From Cycas panzhihuaensis (Eukaryota; Plantae; Cycadophyta), in contig CM041465.1 of NCBI GenBank assembly GCA_023213395.1, positions 197,415,741 through 197,479,740 on the forward strand: a stretch of 64,000 bases of DNA, given 5' to 3'. The notes under the pieces are model-generated. The model made no database searches, was not told the DNA's origin, and worked only from the letters and a program-made list of their open reading frames with translations. A program made the position numbers and the translations under genes. This document shows, piece after piece, positions 1 through 13,246 of this stretch (its first letter is position 1; each line of letters starts with the position of its first letter).

Positions 1-25
1 ACTGAGCCAGAATCCCCATGAAGTT

Positions 26-349
26 CTAAGTTTTGGCTATCCTATAAATGATGATAAAAGTAATGGTCCTCCACATTATAAGAATACCATCTATTATTCG
101 AATAGCCTCCACTAACATCCTATGTTGGTATATCTGATCAACGAATCCTATTAGATACTCACTACATGCCATCTGGCACTCCTCGTCCATCATTCTGATG
201 AGTTTGACTTGCTCTCTATGCCAGTTGATCCCTAAGATCCTTCCCACATCATTTAAAGTGATCTTGATCTTTCTAATGACTCATATCCTAAATACATTAC
301 GTCTTGGGGCCCAACAACTAACAAAATCATGTAAGATATCGTGCTCCAT
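26..349 (-). pseudogene. Plant mobile domain (PMD / aminotransferase-like, MAIN-like) remnant, antisense extra ORF of a Tat/Ogre-like gypsy element
   Basis: Reading upstream in frame of ORF 26..247 gives MEHDILHDFVSCWAPRRNVFRI*VIRKIKITLNDVGRILGINWHREQV. This matches the PMD N-terminal signature (L..LV.RW.P.T.TF....GEM.ITL.DV..ILGL...G.PV). One in-frame stop at 281-283. Confidence 0.65.
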
Positions 350-1246
350 GACAAGATGGGTAGATCCACTCATTCATGAGAGTCTACATACTCTCAAAAT
401 CCCCTACCCTACCTCATCTAACTAACTCACGAGCTTCCTGATTGCCATTCCCTTATTCTCTCACATCTCCACCCTCTCCAGGGCCTATATCACATATTAA
501 AATTATATTAGTTCCCTTACTTTATTTTAAAAAAAATTAAAATTTAAAGGTTATTTAAGCAAAAGTCTAAAAGTATGGCTAGACAACTAAAAACGTGATT
601 TCATAGTAAAAAAATATGATTTTACACTAAGAAAATATGACTTCCCCTAAAGCTTCCAAATTATAAAATTATGTTTTTCGTACTATTATTATATTTTTCA
701 CTGATTAACCATGTTTTTAGTACAGTAACTACAGTTTTTGCACTATATCATAGTGTTTTTTACTCAAAAATAAAACAATAAAAAAAAAGTATAATTCTGG
801 CTCACTAGGTATTTGGTTTTCTGCTCCATTCTACTGATGAAGATCCTCTAAGGCTAGTCCTCTATCATAAAGAGCTCCTGATAACCCTAGAAATAAGGAA
901 AATAGCCTTTAGTTATCTCCTCTTCTTCTCCTCCCTCTTGTAAAAATGACGCCTTTTTACATCTATTTTCTTATAAATAGGGAGGGATTTTTCTTTATTT
1001 TCTTAGGCAAAAATTTTCCTAGTTCCCATGGGACCTACCAAAGTAAAATATATTTCTTTTCAACTATCATTCTCATCAAAATTACATATAAATCTTGAAA
1101 ACTATATGTATTTACTTTGGTAAGGGTCAATTATCATTTTAAGACCTGATTATTTTCTTCTAGGAGCTCGTCTTCTTTTGGAGACATAATGTATAATTCT
1201 CTATTCACTCCTTTTATACATATTTTTGGCATTTGTCTCTAAAGGA

Positions 1247-1806
1247 ACATTGCTTTGAATCTCCTTTAGTTGTTGATAAGCCTAAACTATGACAAGATGA
1301 TGCTATGAACTTCCTTTACCTATTGATGAGCCTAAATTATAACATGGTAATGCTCTTAACCTCCTTTACCTGTTGATGAGCCTAAACTATGACAGGTTGA
1401 TGCTCTAAACCTCCTTTCACCTATTAACAAGCTAAAACTATGATAGGAACATTGCTCTGAGCTTACTTTCACCTATTGATGAGCCTAAACTATGAAAGGA
1501 TTAAGCTCTAAAACCTTCCTTCACCTATTGATGAGCCTAAACTACAACAGGGTGACACTTCAAGTCCCTTCTACCTATTAATGAGCTTAAACTATGATAG
1601 CTAACCATCTGAATCTAATTGTTAATGAGGTTAAACTATGATGATTAACCTCAAAAATCCCTCACCCTATTAATGAGGTTTATCTATGATGGGTTTGTTT
1701 CGAAAAGTCACTTTTTAATGAGTTGGTAAACTATGATAGTTTATCCTTTTTACTTTAGCAAAAAGATTTCTCTTCAATGTGTGATTAAAGAGAGATAAAC
1801 TATAAC
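1247..1806 (+). repeat. Tandem array of ~50-52 bp units (about 10-11 copies, degenerating rightwards)
   Basis: Core (cct)attGATGAGCCTAAACTATGA recurs at about 1275, 1325, 1375, 1426, 1478, 1530, 1580, 1624, 1672 and 1717. Confidence 0.9.
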
Positions 1807-1807
1807 C

Positions 1808-1943
1808 AGTTATATAGTAGAATCCCATCTAGTTCATGGGTATTTGGTAGTGAAGTATCATCCAGTTTATGGGCAAGTTATATAGTAGAGTTCCATCCAG
1901 TTCGTGGGCATTTGGTAGCGAAGTCCCATTCAGTTTATGGGCA
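1808..1943 (+). repeat. Two 68 bp tandem copies, each a dimer of a ~33 bp subunit
   Basis: agttatatagtaga...cagtttatgggca at 1808-1875 and 1876-1943. Confidence 0.9.
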
Positions 1944-1949
1944 CTAGAT

Positions 1950-2117
1950 AGGTTTTTGGTAACATTAGATACCTGGTCCTTTTGGGTAGAATTTTAGTGA
2001 TGTTAGATACCTAATCCTTTTGGGCAAGTCTTTGCTAATGTTAGATGCCCAGTTCTTTTAGGCAAAAGATGTAAGTAATGGCCTTTTGGTAGTAGAAACC
2101 CAAATTTTTTGGGTAGA
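1950..2117 (+). repeat. Tandem array of ~39 bp units (3 copies plus a degenerate fourth)
   Basis: ttagatacc..tccttttggg-like core near 1965, 2003 and 2041. Confidence 0.75.
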
Positions 2118-4789
2118 CTTGCTACTGAGAGTTTCTTTTGGTCTTGTTATTATATAGAATTCATTCTAGGTTATGTTATAGAGCTACATCACCTCGTCAT
2201 TCATATACTTCATTTAATTCCCATCACATTTAGCTGAAATAATAATCACTTATGTTATTTCCACTTCTCACCATCCTATCTCTCTCTTTGGAATAGGAGC
2301 TTTAGGTATCAAAGGGGTAAATGTTTCATTGAAACCTAACCTTTGGTTTGTATTTGTAATTTTTGACATGTGTTATTGCATGGTTTCATAAAAAATGAAT
2401 GATAGATTTGTTTGATTATGAATTAGGCCATGTTTTGATGAAGAAATCTATAAATTTTTGTTTACTAATTTATGATGAATAATGATGTGATCTGTATTTT
2501 TACCATCACCTGCCAATGACTAAGATTATGACACTAAATATTTTTCTCCATGATCAATTTGACCTTATGCCTCCTTTAGAACTTGTTATTTTTTATATTT
2601 TATTCTTGATTTCACCCAATTTTAGCATTTTAAAAATTATTTTTGGATTTGTATTTAGTATTTTCACATTGTTTTAGGTCTCTCTACTCATTTATAAAGT
2701 CATTTGTACTTTAATTTATATTTAAAAATTAATTTTTGACTTTTCTTTTTTTGAGTTAAATTTAACTTGCATATTTGTCACATTTTTTGCACTGTAAAAA
2801 ATGTGACCAATCACATTTTTAGAGTAAAGTCATATTTTTGTAGGTCCAAAAATATGATCGGTCATGTTTTTGACTATTATGCATGTAAAACTCAGCCAAC
2901 GTGCCATAATTTTATATGTTGCTGCCTAGATTTGGTGGAATCTTATCTCTTCGATACCTATGAATGATGACTAGGGTTTTATGATCCAAGATTGTGAGTT
3001 AGTATGGGAATTGCTCAGGTTTTTGGTGGATTTTCTTAGTATTTTTTGAGATTTTGAGGACTGCTACTATTGTGACTGAAACTTGGACTTTGAAAAGGCT
3101 TATACATAAAATCGAGGAAGAATTTTGATGTTATAACTTCATGCTCTACTGATATTCAAATGTTGATGGTGTAATATTTATTTTTATGGAATTTTCTCAA
3201 AGTTTTAAGTTTCAAACTTCTTTTAAATAGGTAAGGCCTTTTCTATGTAGTTTCTTGTTTATCTCATAGTATTTTTGAAGGTTATTTTTGCTTAAAAATT
3301 ACTCTTTCCTTTAGTTGATTATTATACTAGTTTTGTATACATTTTGGGCCTTGAAATACTTGCTGAAAGGCTAGCCCTTTATGGGCTTTATAAGGGTTAT
3401 ACTAGGGTAGAGCATGGTCATCTCTCCACTATTCATCTAACTACCCCTTCTCATTTTTGCACAACAGTTTGTATTTAAGGAAATTTACCATTCCCTTTTG
3501 CATTATTTTGTTGTGGTTTAGTCCTTCTTATTTGTTGTTACTCTCATTTGATTTATTTTAAAGGAAAACATTTGAAAAGATTGATCAGCTGAAAGGAAAA
3601 TAACCATTCTGAGGTGGGTTTTTGCAATAGAAAAGAAATTTTAATGTTATAATTTTGTGGTTTGCTTGATTTCACTCTTGAATTTGCTTCCTTTCGCTTT
3701 AAGAGAAAAGTTAAAAGTGTTGAATAGTAAGTGCATGTTTGATTTTTGAGGTTGTTAGAAGTTCAAGGATCCTTTTGGAGTCTCTCTTACTTCAACCGTG
3801 ATAGAACCTTTAAAGCTAGTATCTTACATAAGAGTTGTGATTCTGATTTATTATTTATATATAATGTCATAAGTCTAAAAATTATTTAAAATAACAGTAA
3901 CATCTTTTTGAAATCTCTCTTTTTTTTTGCATCATACATAATTTATTTAAAGAAATAATTGCATATGTGTAAGCTGATATCTTCTAAATAACATTACATA
4001 TTATTATTTTGTTTGGAGAGCTTTCATAAACAATCATATTGTGTGTTTCATTTCTTGATAGTGTCATTCATTTCATTATAAAGTATGCATATGGCATGTA
4101 GGAAGATACTTTTATATTTGTATTTGCATCTCTCATCTTTGGAATAAAAAAAGAAAAAGACATTAAAAAAAAATATTGCATGCATCTACTTCTAGCTTAT
4201 TTCCCTTTATTTATTGATTAAGGATAAAGTAGGCCTTTTAGTTTCATTAATTTCCTAGATTCATTTTATTTTCTTTGCTTTATTTTTTGTTAAATATAAC
4301 ACTAAACCCAAAAAAAAAAAAATACAAAATATGAAAAAAGAAAAAAAAAAAAGAAAAAAAGAAAAAAGAACAAAGCAAAAAGAAAAATGAAGTGAACATG
4401 AATAAGAAAAAGAAATAAAATAAGAAAAATAATTCTTCCATTTGCTTACCTTTTCCTACATCTAAGTAAAACTTAAAAGGTTAAAAGGATTATATAAAAG
4501 GAGTCCTTAAGAAGGATATTGGAAATATTGTTAAAGTAGTTCTAAAACTAAAACTCATTCGCTCGATCATATAAGTTAGTAGATCCTACAACTCCCTTTT
4601 ATATCCACACCTTTAGTTGCATTCTTCATCCATACTTTATTAGATGATATAATTAGCTAAAGACTCCTTCTTAGGAGTTGGGCAAAGGTGGTCACTTAAG
4701 TCTTATTAAACTCCATATCTCCTAGTTTTAATTGAAACGAAGACATTACCTCAATAATTGAGAGATATTTAGTTTAGGTCCTCCTAAGA

Positions 4790-7700
4790 ACACACCATAC
4801 GATACAGCCTCAAAAGTCCTTGAGGTTCTTAAAATAAAATTTTATGCAAAGTCTAACCTTAAATTTGTTCATATAGTCTTAAAGATGAACAAGACGAAGA
4901 CACAGAAGGGATAAGCCCATGAGACAATAAATCTCCTTCGACCTATAAAATAGGTAATTGACAAATATGTTAAGACCTAATATATTACATGGGCATTCCT
5001 CATATAGTCCTATCTACATGTATATGATTATAAGAACTTGTTTGGGAGTCTTCAATCAAGTGGAATGTTGAAGATACTTAACTTCAAAGCTCTTGTAAAG
5101 AAGCTTATAGAATTTGATAAGATCTTTGATACTAATTTTGTAACTTTAGATCCTTTTTTGGATATAGCTTTTGATGTGGAAGAAGAAGTATGATTCTCAG
5201 AGAATCAGGGTCCCTCTTATGGTAGAGGAAATAACCAAGCAATGGGTAGAGGATGAGATAGAGAAAATTAGCCACAAGGTCAACAAAACCCTCAATAATA
5301 GTAGCCTAGACAATCTCAAGTCCAAGCACCACTTTTTAATATAAGACAATCAAGCCAAATTAATACTTCAAGACCTAGAAATTAGATTATCATGTGTAAA
5401 AGGTACAATAGGAAATGACACCTTGCATAGGATTATCGTATACCTACATACAAGTTGCCTAAGTTTTAATAGAAATATAAGGCTCACAATATTGATGAAA
5501 TATGTGAGGAACAATTTAGTGGCATATGTTTTACTCAAACACACATTCAAATACTTGAGAGAAGAACCATTAATCGAACTAAGAGGTACAAACTTATTGT
5601 GGCTATTCCACTTGTGATCTTGAATCACCAATGCAAATCCCTCTTGGAGATGTAAATAGCATAACTTCAAACACCTCCTCATGGATTATGGATAAAGGAG
5701 AAACACAACATATGACCTGCAATTAAGATCTATATCAAACTTTTGATTCCAATATATATGGTATCATTCACATGGCTGACAAATCCTAATAACTAGTCAT
5801 AGGTATTGGAAACATATGCCTAAAATGTACTCAAATCTCCCATGGATTTGATCTTAATTTTACTTCAAATGACCAACCTCTCTAGGTCATTCACCCTCCA
5901 ATAAATCAAGTGGTCTTGATTGGAAAGCTAATTGGTAAATTAGTTAAGTTGAATGACTCCCCATCTTTTGAAGCTAATTGTACTCAAAACCCTTGTGCTG
6001 ATAAAGACTTTACTTTTAATACCACTTTGACACACCTAAGCTATTCTTAGAAGCTCTTTGGCATGCTCATATGGTCTATGTTAATATTAATTGACTTAAA
6101 GATCTTTATCATACCCTTCTAGATATGCCCAAGTTCTCCTCTAAGCCCTTTAAATATGAAGCATGTATTATAGCCAAATCGCATAGACAACCCTTTATCG
6201 ATAGTTAGTGGAAATCAAGTCATCCTCTTCATTTGGTATACTCTAATATATGCAGACTAATGCCCTTTCCATCACTGAAGTAGAAATTATATTACATATC
6301 TTTCATTGATGATTTTATCATAAAACTGTAGGTGGCTTTTCTGACCAAGAAAGATGAGGCATTTGGTATCTTTAAAGCTTTTAAACCTCATATTGGAAAG
6401 GATTCAAGTTATTATATTAAGTGTCTCTTAATAGATAATGGTAGAGAATATACCTCTACCGAGTTCAAAACATATATATGAGATAATAACATCAAGAATC
6501 ATACTACAATAGCAGACACCCCCTAATATAATGGAGTTGCTGAGTGCATGAATAGGTTTATTATAAATATAGTTCAAGCTGTGTTGGTTTATAAAAATAT
6601 ACCTACTTACCTATAGGTGGAAGTAATTTGGATAGTTATTTATTACATGAATGATGTCAGCCCATCTAAAGGAGGAACTTCTCCTAATTAAAAGTAGATT
6701 GGACTAGTCCCTACTACTTACCACTTCTAAATATTTGGCTTAATATGTTATGCCTATATATTAGATGGAGATAGAAATAAACTACAACCCAAGGCACTTA
6801 AAGACATCTTGTTGGATACCTTATGGATGAGAAATGGTACAAGGTCTTTATACCTTCATAACATGAGATTATTATCACCAGAGATGTGGTGTTTACTGAA
6901 ATAGAGAATTAATTATTATAATTAGACTCTAAAATACCAAACTGTCATTATTATAATGCTACTCAATATGATGTACATATTCTAAAATTTGGGGAAGAAA
7001 ACACTCAAGAGTTACTCAAACTATTAGAATCTGATAATAGAGCCATAGAGGATAATAGTTACTCTGAACCAATGAGTACACATCATGCACCACCATTCAA
7101 GAATAATAGAGTTGACAAAGATAAATAAATGGTAGATGGACCATACTCCCCAGATGCATCAACATCCTCCTCGGCAATATACAAAATGATCATTTTCAAG
7201 ATCCAAATGAAGACCATGTAGTTAGAGAAATGAAGACCTCATTCCCAACTTGAGATTCTTGTAAAACTTGCTAATTAAATAAGGATATACAACCTGATGA
7301 GGTGGGAAAAATTAGCACTCAAAGTACCTATAGAACTAATATATAGGAATCACTTTTCATTGAGTTAGAACCAACAAAATTGCATCTTAGTCTCAATGAA
7401 GAACCCCTCTCATACCAAGAAGCTATAAAATATATAGTTTGGAGGAATTCCATGAATGAAGAGTATCAATGTCTTATAAAAATGGTACATGGGATCTTGT
7501 TGACCTACCACTTGGAAGAAAGGTAGTTTGAAATAAATGGGTGTATAAAAATAAATATAGATTTGATGATACCCTTAAAAAATATGAGTTGAGGTTGGTA
7601 GCAAAATGATTCATATAAAGGAAGGGCATCAACTACATTGAAGTCTTTGCACCTATAACCATGTAGCCCATAATGAGAACTCTTATAGCCTTGGTATCTC

Positions 7701-8940
7701 AATAGGAATAAAAGATTAACCAACTTGATGTAAAGAATAAATTTCTCAATGGTGATCTTGAAGATGAAATCTACATTCCTTAGCCTGAAGGATTTGAGAT
7801 TGCTAGTCTAGAGCATAAGGTATGCAGACTCAAAAAGTCCTTATATAACCTTAAACAAGCCCCTCATGGTTGGTTTATTAAGTTGTCAGAAAGAATTATG
7901 TAACTTGGATATGAGGTTTGTAACTACCAGGATATAGATACAACACTGTTCATCAAATACCAAAAAGATAAAGTCACTTATCTCTTAATTTTTGTGGATG
8001 ATATACTTATAATGGGAAACAATGAATAAGTAATCAACCAGCTAAAGAAGGACTTAGCTAAAATGTTTGAACTATCTAACCTTAGGCTGATGAAACACTA
8101 CTTGGGAATTTAAGTCACTCAGAAAGATGGCAAAGTCTTTCCTTCTCAAGAAAAGTACATCAATGATCTTCTAACAAAGTTTTAGTTGGAAGATGTTCAA
8201 ACTATAGCCACTACAATGGAACCTAATGTCAAACTGACAGTTGATGATGATGATTGAGAGGCATATATAATACTTTACAGGCAACTTGTACGTAGTTTCA
8301 TCTATACTACTAATACAAGACCTGATATTGCACACTTTATTAGTATTCTTGCTCATTATATGATAAATCCTAAGTAGAACCACTGGTAAGTAGTAGTTCT
8401 AGTGTTGAGATACCTTAAGATGACTAACAAATATGCTCTACTATATGAACCTAATTCAAAGTTTAAACTATATACATACATATATTCAGACTTTGCCAAA
8501 GATAAAGACACAGGGAGATCTACATCCAGGTATGTAACGTTTCTTGGAATGACACTAATATCATGGAGATCTAGACAACATAAGACATTTGTTAATTCAA
8601 CTATCAAAGATGAATATAATATTACTTTTGAGATGAACAAGGAAGTGATATGGCTTAGGAAATAATTAGAAACATTGAATATCATCTAAACAAGTCCTAC
8701 TGGCCTTTGTATGGATAATTAATCAGTAATCCACATGGTAAAAAATTCTATATTTCATGATTGTACCAAATATATAAGTATAAAAGTCTACATGATTTGA
8801 GAACTAATCCATGACAACATAATTCAATTGGAGTACTATCCCACAATAAATGAAGTGGCTAATATCTTCATTAAACTATTGCAAAGGTTAAAGTTTAAAC
8901 AATTTTGTAGGTATCTCAGGCTTTAGGCCTTCATCTCTGA
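4790..8940 (+). pseudogene. Degenerate copia gag-pol polyprotein (GAG-PR-INT-RT-RH) of element A
   Basis: Domain motifs occur in copia order with many stops and frameshifts. ORF 8402..8665 encodes an RNase H fragment (YSDFAKDKDTGRSTSRYV...ISWRSRQ). Confidence 0.9.
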
Positions 8941-9374
8941 CTAATTAGAGGATATGCTAATAGGATCATCATACTCTATTCCATTCATGAAAACCCCTTG
9001 TAGTTACAAAAGAATAAGAGTAAGTCTCTACTCTATCCTATTTGTGAAAATCTCTTGTGGGCATGAAAGGATAAGGGTTGTACTAGTATTAGAAAATTAG
9101 AACCTATAAAAACCTGAAAGGGTATGGGAGATGACCAAATGGTATATAGATATTTAGTAGATCAAGATGCATATTTAAGATGCTTGGCTATTTAGCTACA
9201 TCAAGAGCCACCTTAGCCATTTTGATTTAAAGGGCTATAGATCTTAAAAAGTTTATAGGTTTTTATTCCTTGTGAGGGTTTTCCCATAAAAGTGTCAATG
9301 CAATAATGAGACTTAAATGAAGACCTCATAGAATAGATTTTCTTATAATGGCTTTTTACCATTAAAGGGGGGAT

Positions 9375-9680
9375 TGATGAATGTTAATGCATCAAGGTCA
9401 TTAGATTAATTATATGAAGGTGAATTTAGGTTAGTTAAGCCACATAGTTAAATATAATTTCATTTATATTTAAGTGTAATTTCATGATCATGTCATTAGG
9501 CAGGAAAATCCTTTGGCAACCCTAATGGACATCCTCTGGTATATAAGGCTAAATATGAAAGGAAAAGCCATAATTCTCACCTCTCATTTTTGCTCTCAAT
9601 CTTGTTCTCTTTATTTTACTTTTATTATGTGCCATTGCTTTAGTGTAGTAGAGTGTGGCAACTAGATCCTGTACCCAACA
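9375..9680 (+). repeat. 3' LTR of element A (TG...CA, ~306 bp)
   Basis: Follows the PPT, begins tgatg and ends caaca, has a TATA-like tatataag at ~9540, and is homologous to the LTR of F (45972-46281, -). Confidence 0.8.
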
Positions 9681-12600
9681 TCAAGGACAGAATCAAACCC
9701 TATCTTTTAAAAGAGATAGATCAACCTCTAGAGAAGAGGATCCTCTTGAATTAGAAGCCATAGTCAAAGAAATAGAGGAGCAATATAATACTCATATTGC
9801 CATAAAATTAGACACAGGAAGGATCGCTACTTTGTTAAAAATACAAACCAATAAAGAGGAAGTGTATATGCCATAACTGAAAAAAGATAAATGATATATT
9901 TTTCTTATCAAGTCTGATAGCCAATGAAGAAGAAGATAATTGGTATATATATTTAGAATGCTTAACTCATATGATGCACAAAGAGGAAATCTTCAAAACT
10001 ATTAATAGAATCAAAATGGAGAAGATCATGTTTGGGGACAACACTTCACATGAGTCAACTGGTAGAGGCAACATTACCATCACCATGAAATTAGGATAAT
10101 TTAGGTACATTGATGACATACTATATGTACCTACATTAAAGAAGAACCTACTTTTTATAGGACAGGTAATAGAACAGGATTATAAGGTCATCTTTGACAA
10201 TAGTGAATGCACAACAAGAGACAAAAGGATGAATAAAGCTATTATAGCTAAGGGATAAGTGACTAGTGATCGACTATTTAAGCTAGTCATTCCTCCAATG
10301 GATAATTATTCATTAAAAGCCTCTACTAAACTTGGAAGTGACACTTAGTATTTGGTTATCTAAGCTATAGTAGATTATCTCTAATGAAAAGAATGGAAAT
10401 TGTTGAAGGTGTGCCTACTATTGAAGGAAATAAAAAAAATATGTGAAGGGTATCTACTTGGAAAGCAACATAGAGAGAGCTTTCCAGATAATATCTATAG
10501 AGCACAAGGTCCCCTCCAATTAGTATACATAGATTTGTATGGCCCTATGGATGTACCGTCACTTGGAGGAGCTAAATATTTCATGATGTTCATTGATGAC
10601 TTTACCATGAAAACTTGGATATATTTTCTAAAGTTTAAATTAGATACCTATTAATGTTTTGTTGATTTTAAATCCTTTATGGAAAAATAAAGTAGACATA
10701 AGATCCTCTCCCTTAGATCAAACAATGGGGTCAAGAATTCACCTCAAATAAATTCAAAGATTTTTGTATCCATCATGGCTTAAGGTGACAATATATCAAT
10801 CCATATACTCTACAATAGAATAGAGTAGCTGAAAGGATGAATATAACCATTGTTGAGATGGCAAGGTGCATGCTTCAGGACAAATAACTTAGATATAAAT
10901 TTTGGATAGAAGTCATACTCATAATTGTTTATCTATTAAATAAGTGTAACACTAAGACTCTTAGGTGGGTTACACCAAAATAGGCTTAAATTGGACATAA
11001 GTCAAGTATTCAATACTTAAAAATCTTCAGTTATCTAGCATTTACTCATATACCAGAGTAAAAGTGAACGAAACTAGATAATAAATATATTAAATGTATT
11101 TATAGAATATTGTGATTCAAGTAGATCTTATAAATTATTTAACCCTAAGGAAAAGAAGATAATGATGAGTAGAGATATTATCTTCAAAGAGGATGATTAT
11201 TATATAGTAGATATTGAAAAAGACAAAGGGAAGAATATTATAACAGAGTTTGATTCACATCCTACATCAACAAATATGCATTCAAATATGCCAGCTCAAT
11301 ATGAATCAAGTCCTAATGAGTTTGGATCTTTCACATCCAATCAAAATGTTCCAAAGTAGGTACAAAGACAATATGACCTAGCGAATATGCTTGATAACAA
11401 CTTTGAAAGATGATCTACATGTTCGAATAAGGTCAACTTCTCTCTAATGAGCAAAGTCATAGACTCGAATAAGCCTTACATCTTTAAAAAGTCTAATACA
11501 AAATAGGAATGGTAGAATATAATGCAAGAGGAGTACAATGCCTTAGTCAAGAATGACACATGGGAACTAGTTGATCTCCCTCCAAACAAATCAGTAATTA
11601 GCACCAAATGGGTTTACAAAATAAAATTTAGATTTGATGGCTCTATCGATAAGCATAAAGTAAGGCTAATAGTTAAAGGGTATGCTCAAATCGAAGGAAT
11701 GGACTATAATGAAACATTTGCTCCTGCAACCTAAATGGAAATAGTACGTCTTATGTTAAGTCTTGCTACACAAAAAGGATAGATTATCCAACAAATGGAT
11801 GTCAAAAGTGCCTTCCTAAATGGATACATAGAAGAGGAGATTTATGTCTAATAACCAAAAAGCTTTAAAGTTAAGAGGAGGGTGGGGGGTAAATAAGGTA
11901 TACAAACTTAAGAAAGCCTTGTATGGATTAAAATAAGCACTTAGAGCTTGGTACTCTAGGATAGATAAATATTTTAGAGACAAAGGGTTCTATCAAAGTT
12001 AATCAGATCCTAACTTGTATATAAAGATTGAAGGAGACTCAATACTTATTATGGCAGTATGTGTTGATGACTTAGTCTACACTAGAAAGGACTCCCAATT
12101 ATCATACAAGTTTAAAGATGACATGTGCAAAGAATTCAAGATGATAGATTTAGGCCTTATGCATTATTTCCTAGGTTTGGAAGTATGCAAGACAAAAATA
12201 GGATATTTGTATATCAAAGGAAAAATATACACTAGATCTACTTCAAAAGTTTAAGATGAATAATTACAAGGCATTGGCTACACTAGTAAAACTTGGAATA
12301 AAGTTATCCAAGCTCAATGATTTTGCATCAGTTGATCCTATACTTTATAGGCAAATGATTGGTAGTTTAATCTACTTAATATCAATTTATCTTAATATTT
12401 TGCATTCAGTAAGCATGGTATCTAGCTTTACATAAGAACCTAAGACAACACATTAGAAAGTGGCAAAGAGAATACTTCAATATCTAAAAGGCACAATTGG
12501 TTATGGGTTACATTACAAGTCCTTGACAGATTTTAGGTTAATTGGCTATACATGTTAAGACTGGGTAAGTTGTATTGATGATAAGAAATCTACATCTGGT

Positions 12601-13246
12601 TATACTTTCAACATAGGATCAACATCAATTGCTTAGAGACTAAGAAGTAAAACATGGTTTCCTTATCTACTATAAAAGTAGAGTATAAATAAATAATAGG
12701 AGGAGCATGTGAAATAGTTTGGCTATATCGATTACTCCATGACTTACAAATGAAATAGGATGGACCTACATATATGATATATGATAATCAAAGTACAATT
12801 GAAATGATACATAATCTAGTGTTTCATGGACGAATGAAGCATACTGAAACATAACATCACTTTATTAGGGAATTAGTACAAGCAAGTAAGATTGAATTGG
12901 TTTGTTGTAACATAGATGAATAGGTTACAAACATCTTCACTAAGGATCTTGGTAGAATCAAGTTTTACAAATTCTGAGACAAGCTTAGAGTCATCCCTAA
13001 TAAACATTATGGGGAAGAATGATAGAATGATTTCATTAGGGCAATGTGGTAGCATTGAGAGGTATGTAGCTAACTCTAGCCACCCTAGCCAACCCATTCC
13101 CTAATTATTTTAACGGTATTTATTAACACTAAACATCGATAAACATTAGGATAGCCCAATGACCCCACTATTTAAATGAGCCTCATGGCCCAAAGATGCT
13201 TCTCGACATTACCAATATTTTATAGAAATTTTTATTGATCATTTCA
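9681..13246 (+). mobile_element. Ty1/copia element B, 5'-truncated within gag; coding region related to element J
   Basis: Protease EEDNWY...HM (~9930); ORFs 10400..10654 (integrase, CEG.LLGKQHRESF, FIDDF), 11522..11734 (RT, NDTWELVDLP...ETFAP), 12015..12254 (CVDD); PPT ggggaagaa ~13011-13019; LTR begins TG at 13020 and probably ends ~13246. Confidence 0.88.

Larger units (their letters stand above)
1..4400 (+). mobile_element. 3' portion of a Ty3/gypsy Tat/Ogre-like LTR retrotransposon (antisense PMD, 3' UTR tandem arrays, PPT, long LTR from 2322; right end uncertain)
   Basis: The order extra ORF, tandem arrays, purine tract aaaggggtaaa (2311-2321), TG (2322) is the established Tat/Ogre 3' architecture. 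The LTR end was not identified. Confidence 0.55.
4790..9680 (+). mobile_element. Ty1/copia element A, 5' LTR not found, degenerate gag-pol; same family as element F
   Basis: Gag DTASKVLEVLK; protease WIMDKGETQHM (~5681); integrase FIDDF (~6301); RT EEPLSYQEA, FVDD (~7991); RNase H YSDFA and ANIFIK; PPT aaagggggga 9364-9373; LTR 9375-9680. Confidence 0.9.

Noticed and set aside
1247-1806. CRISPR-like repeat/spacer appearance
   Set aside because: The variable halves are homologous to one another, the repeats degenerate progressively, there are no cas genes, and the context is a plant retrotransposon 3' UTR.
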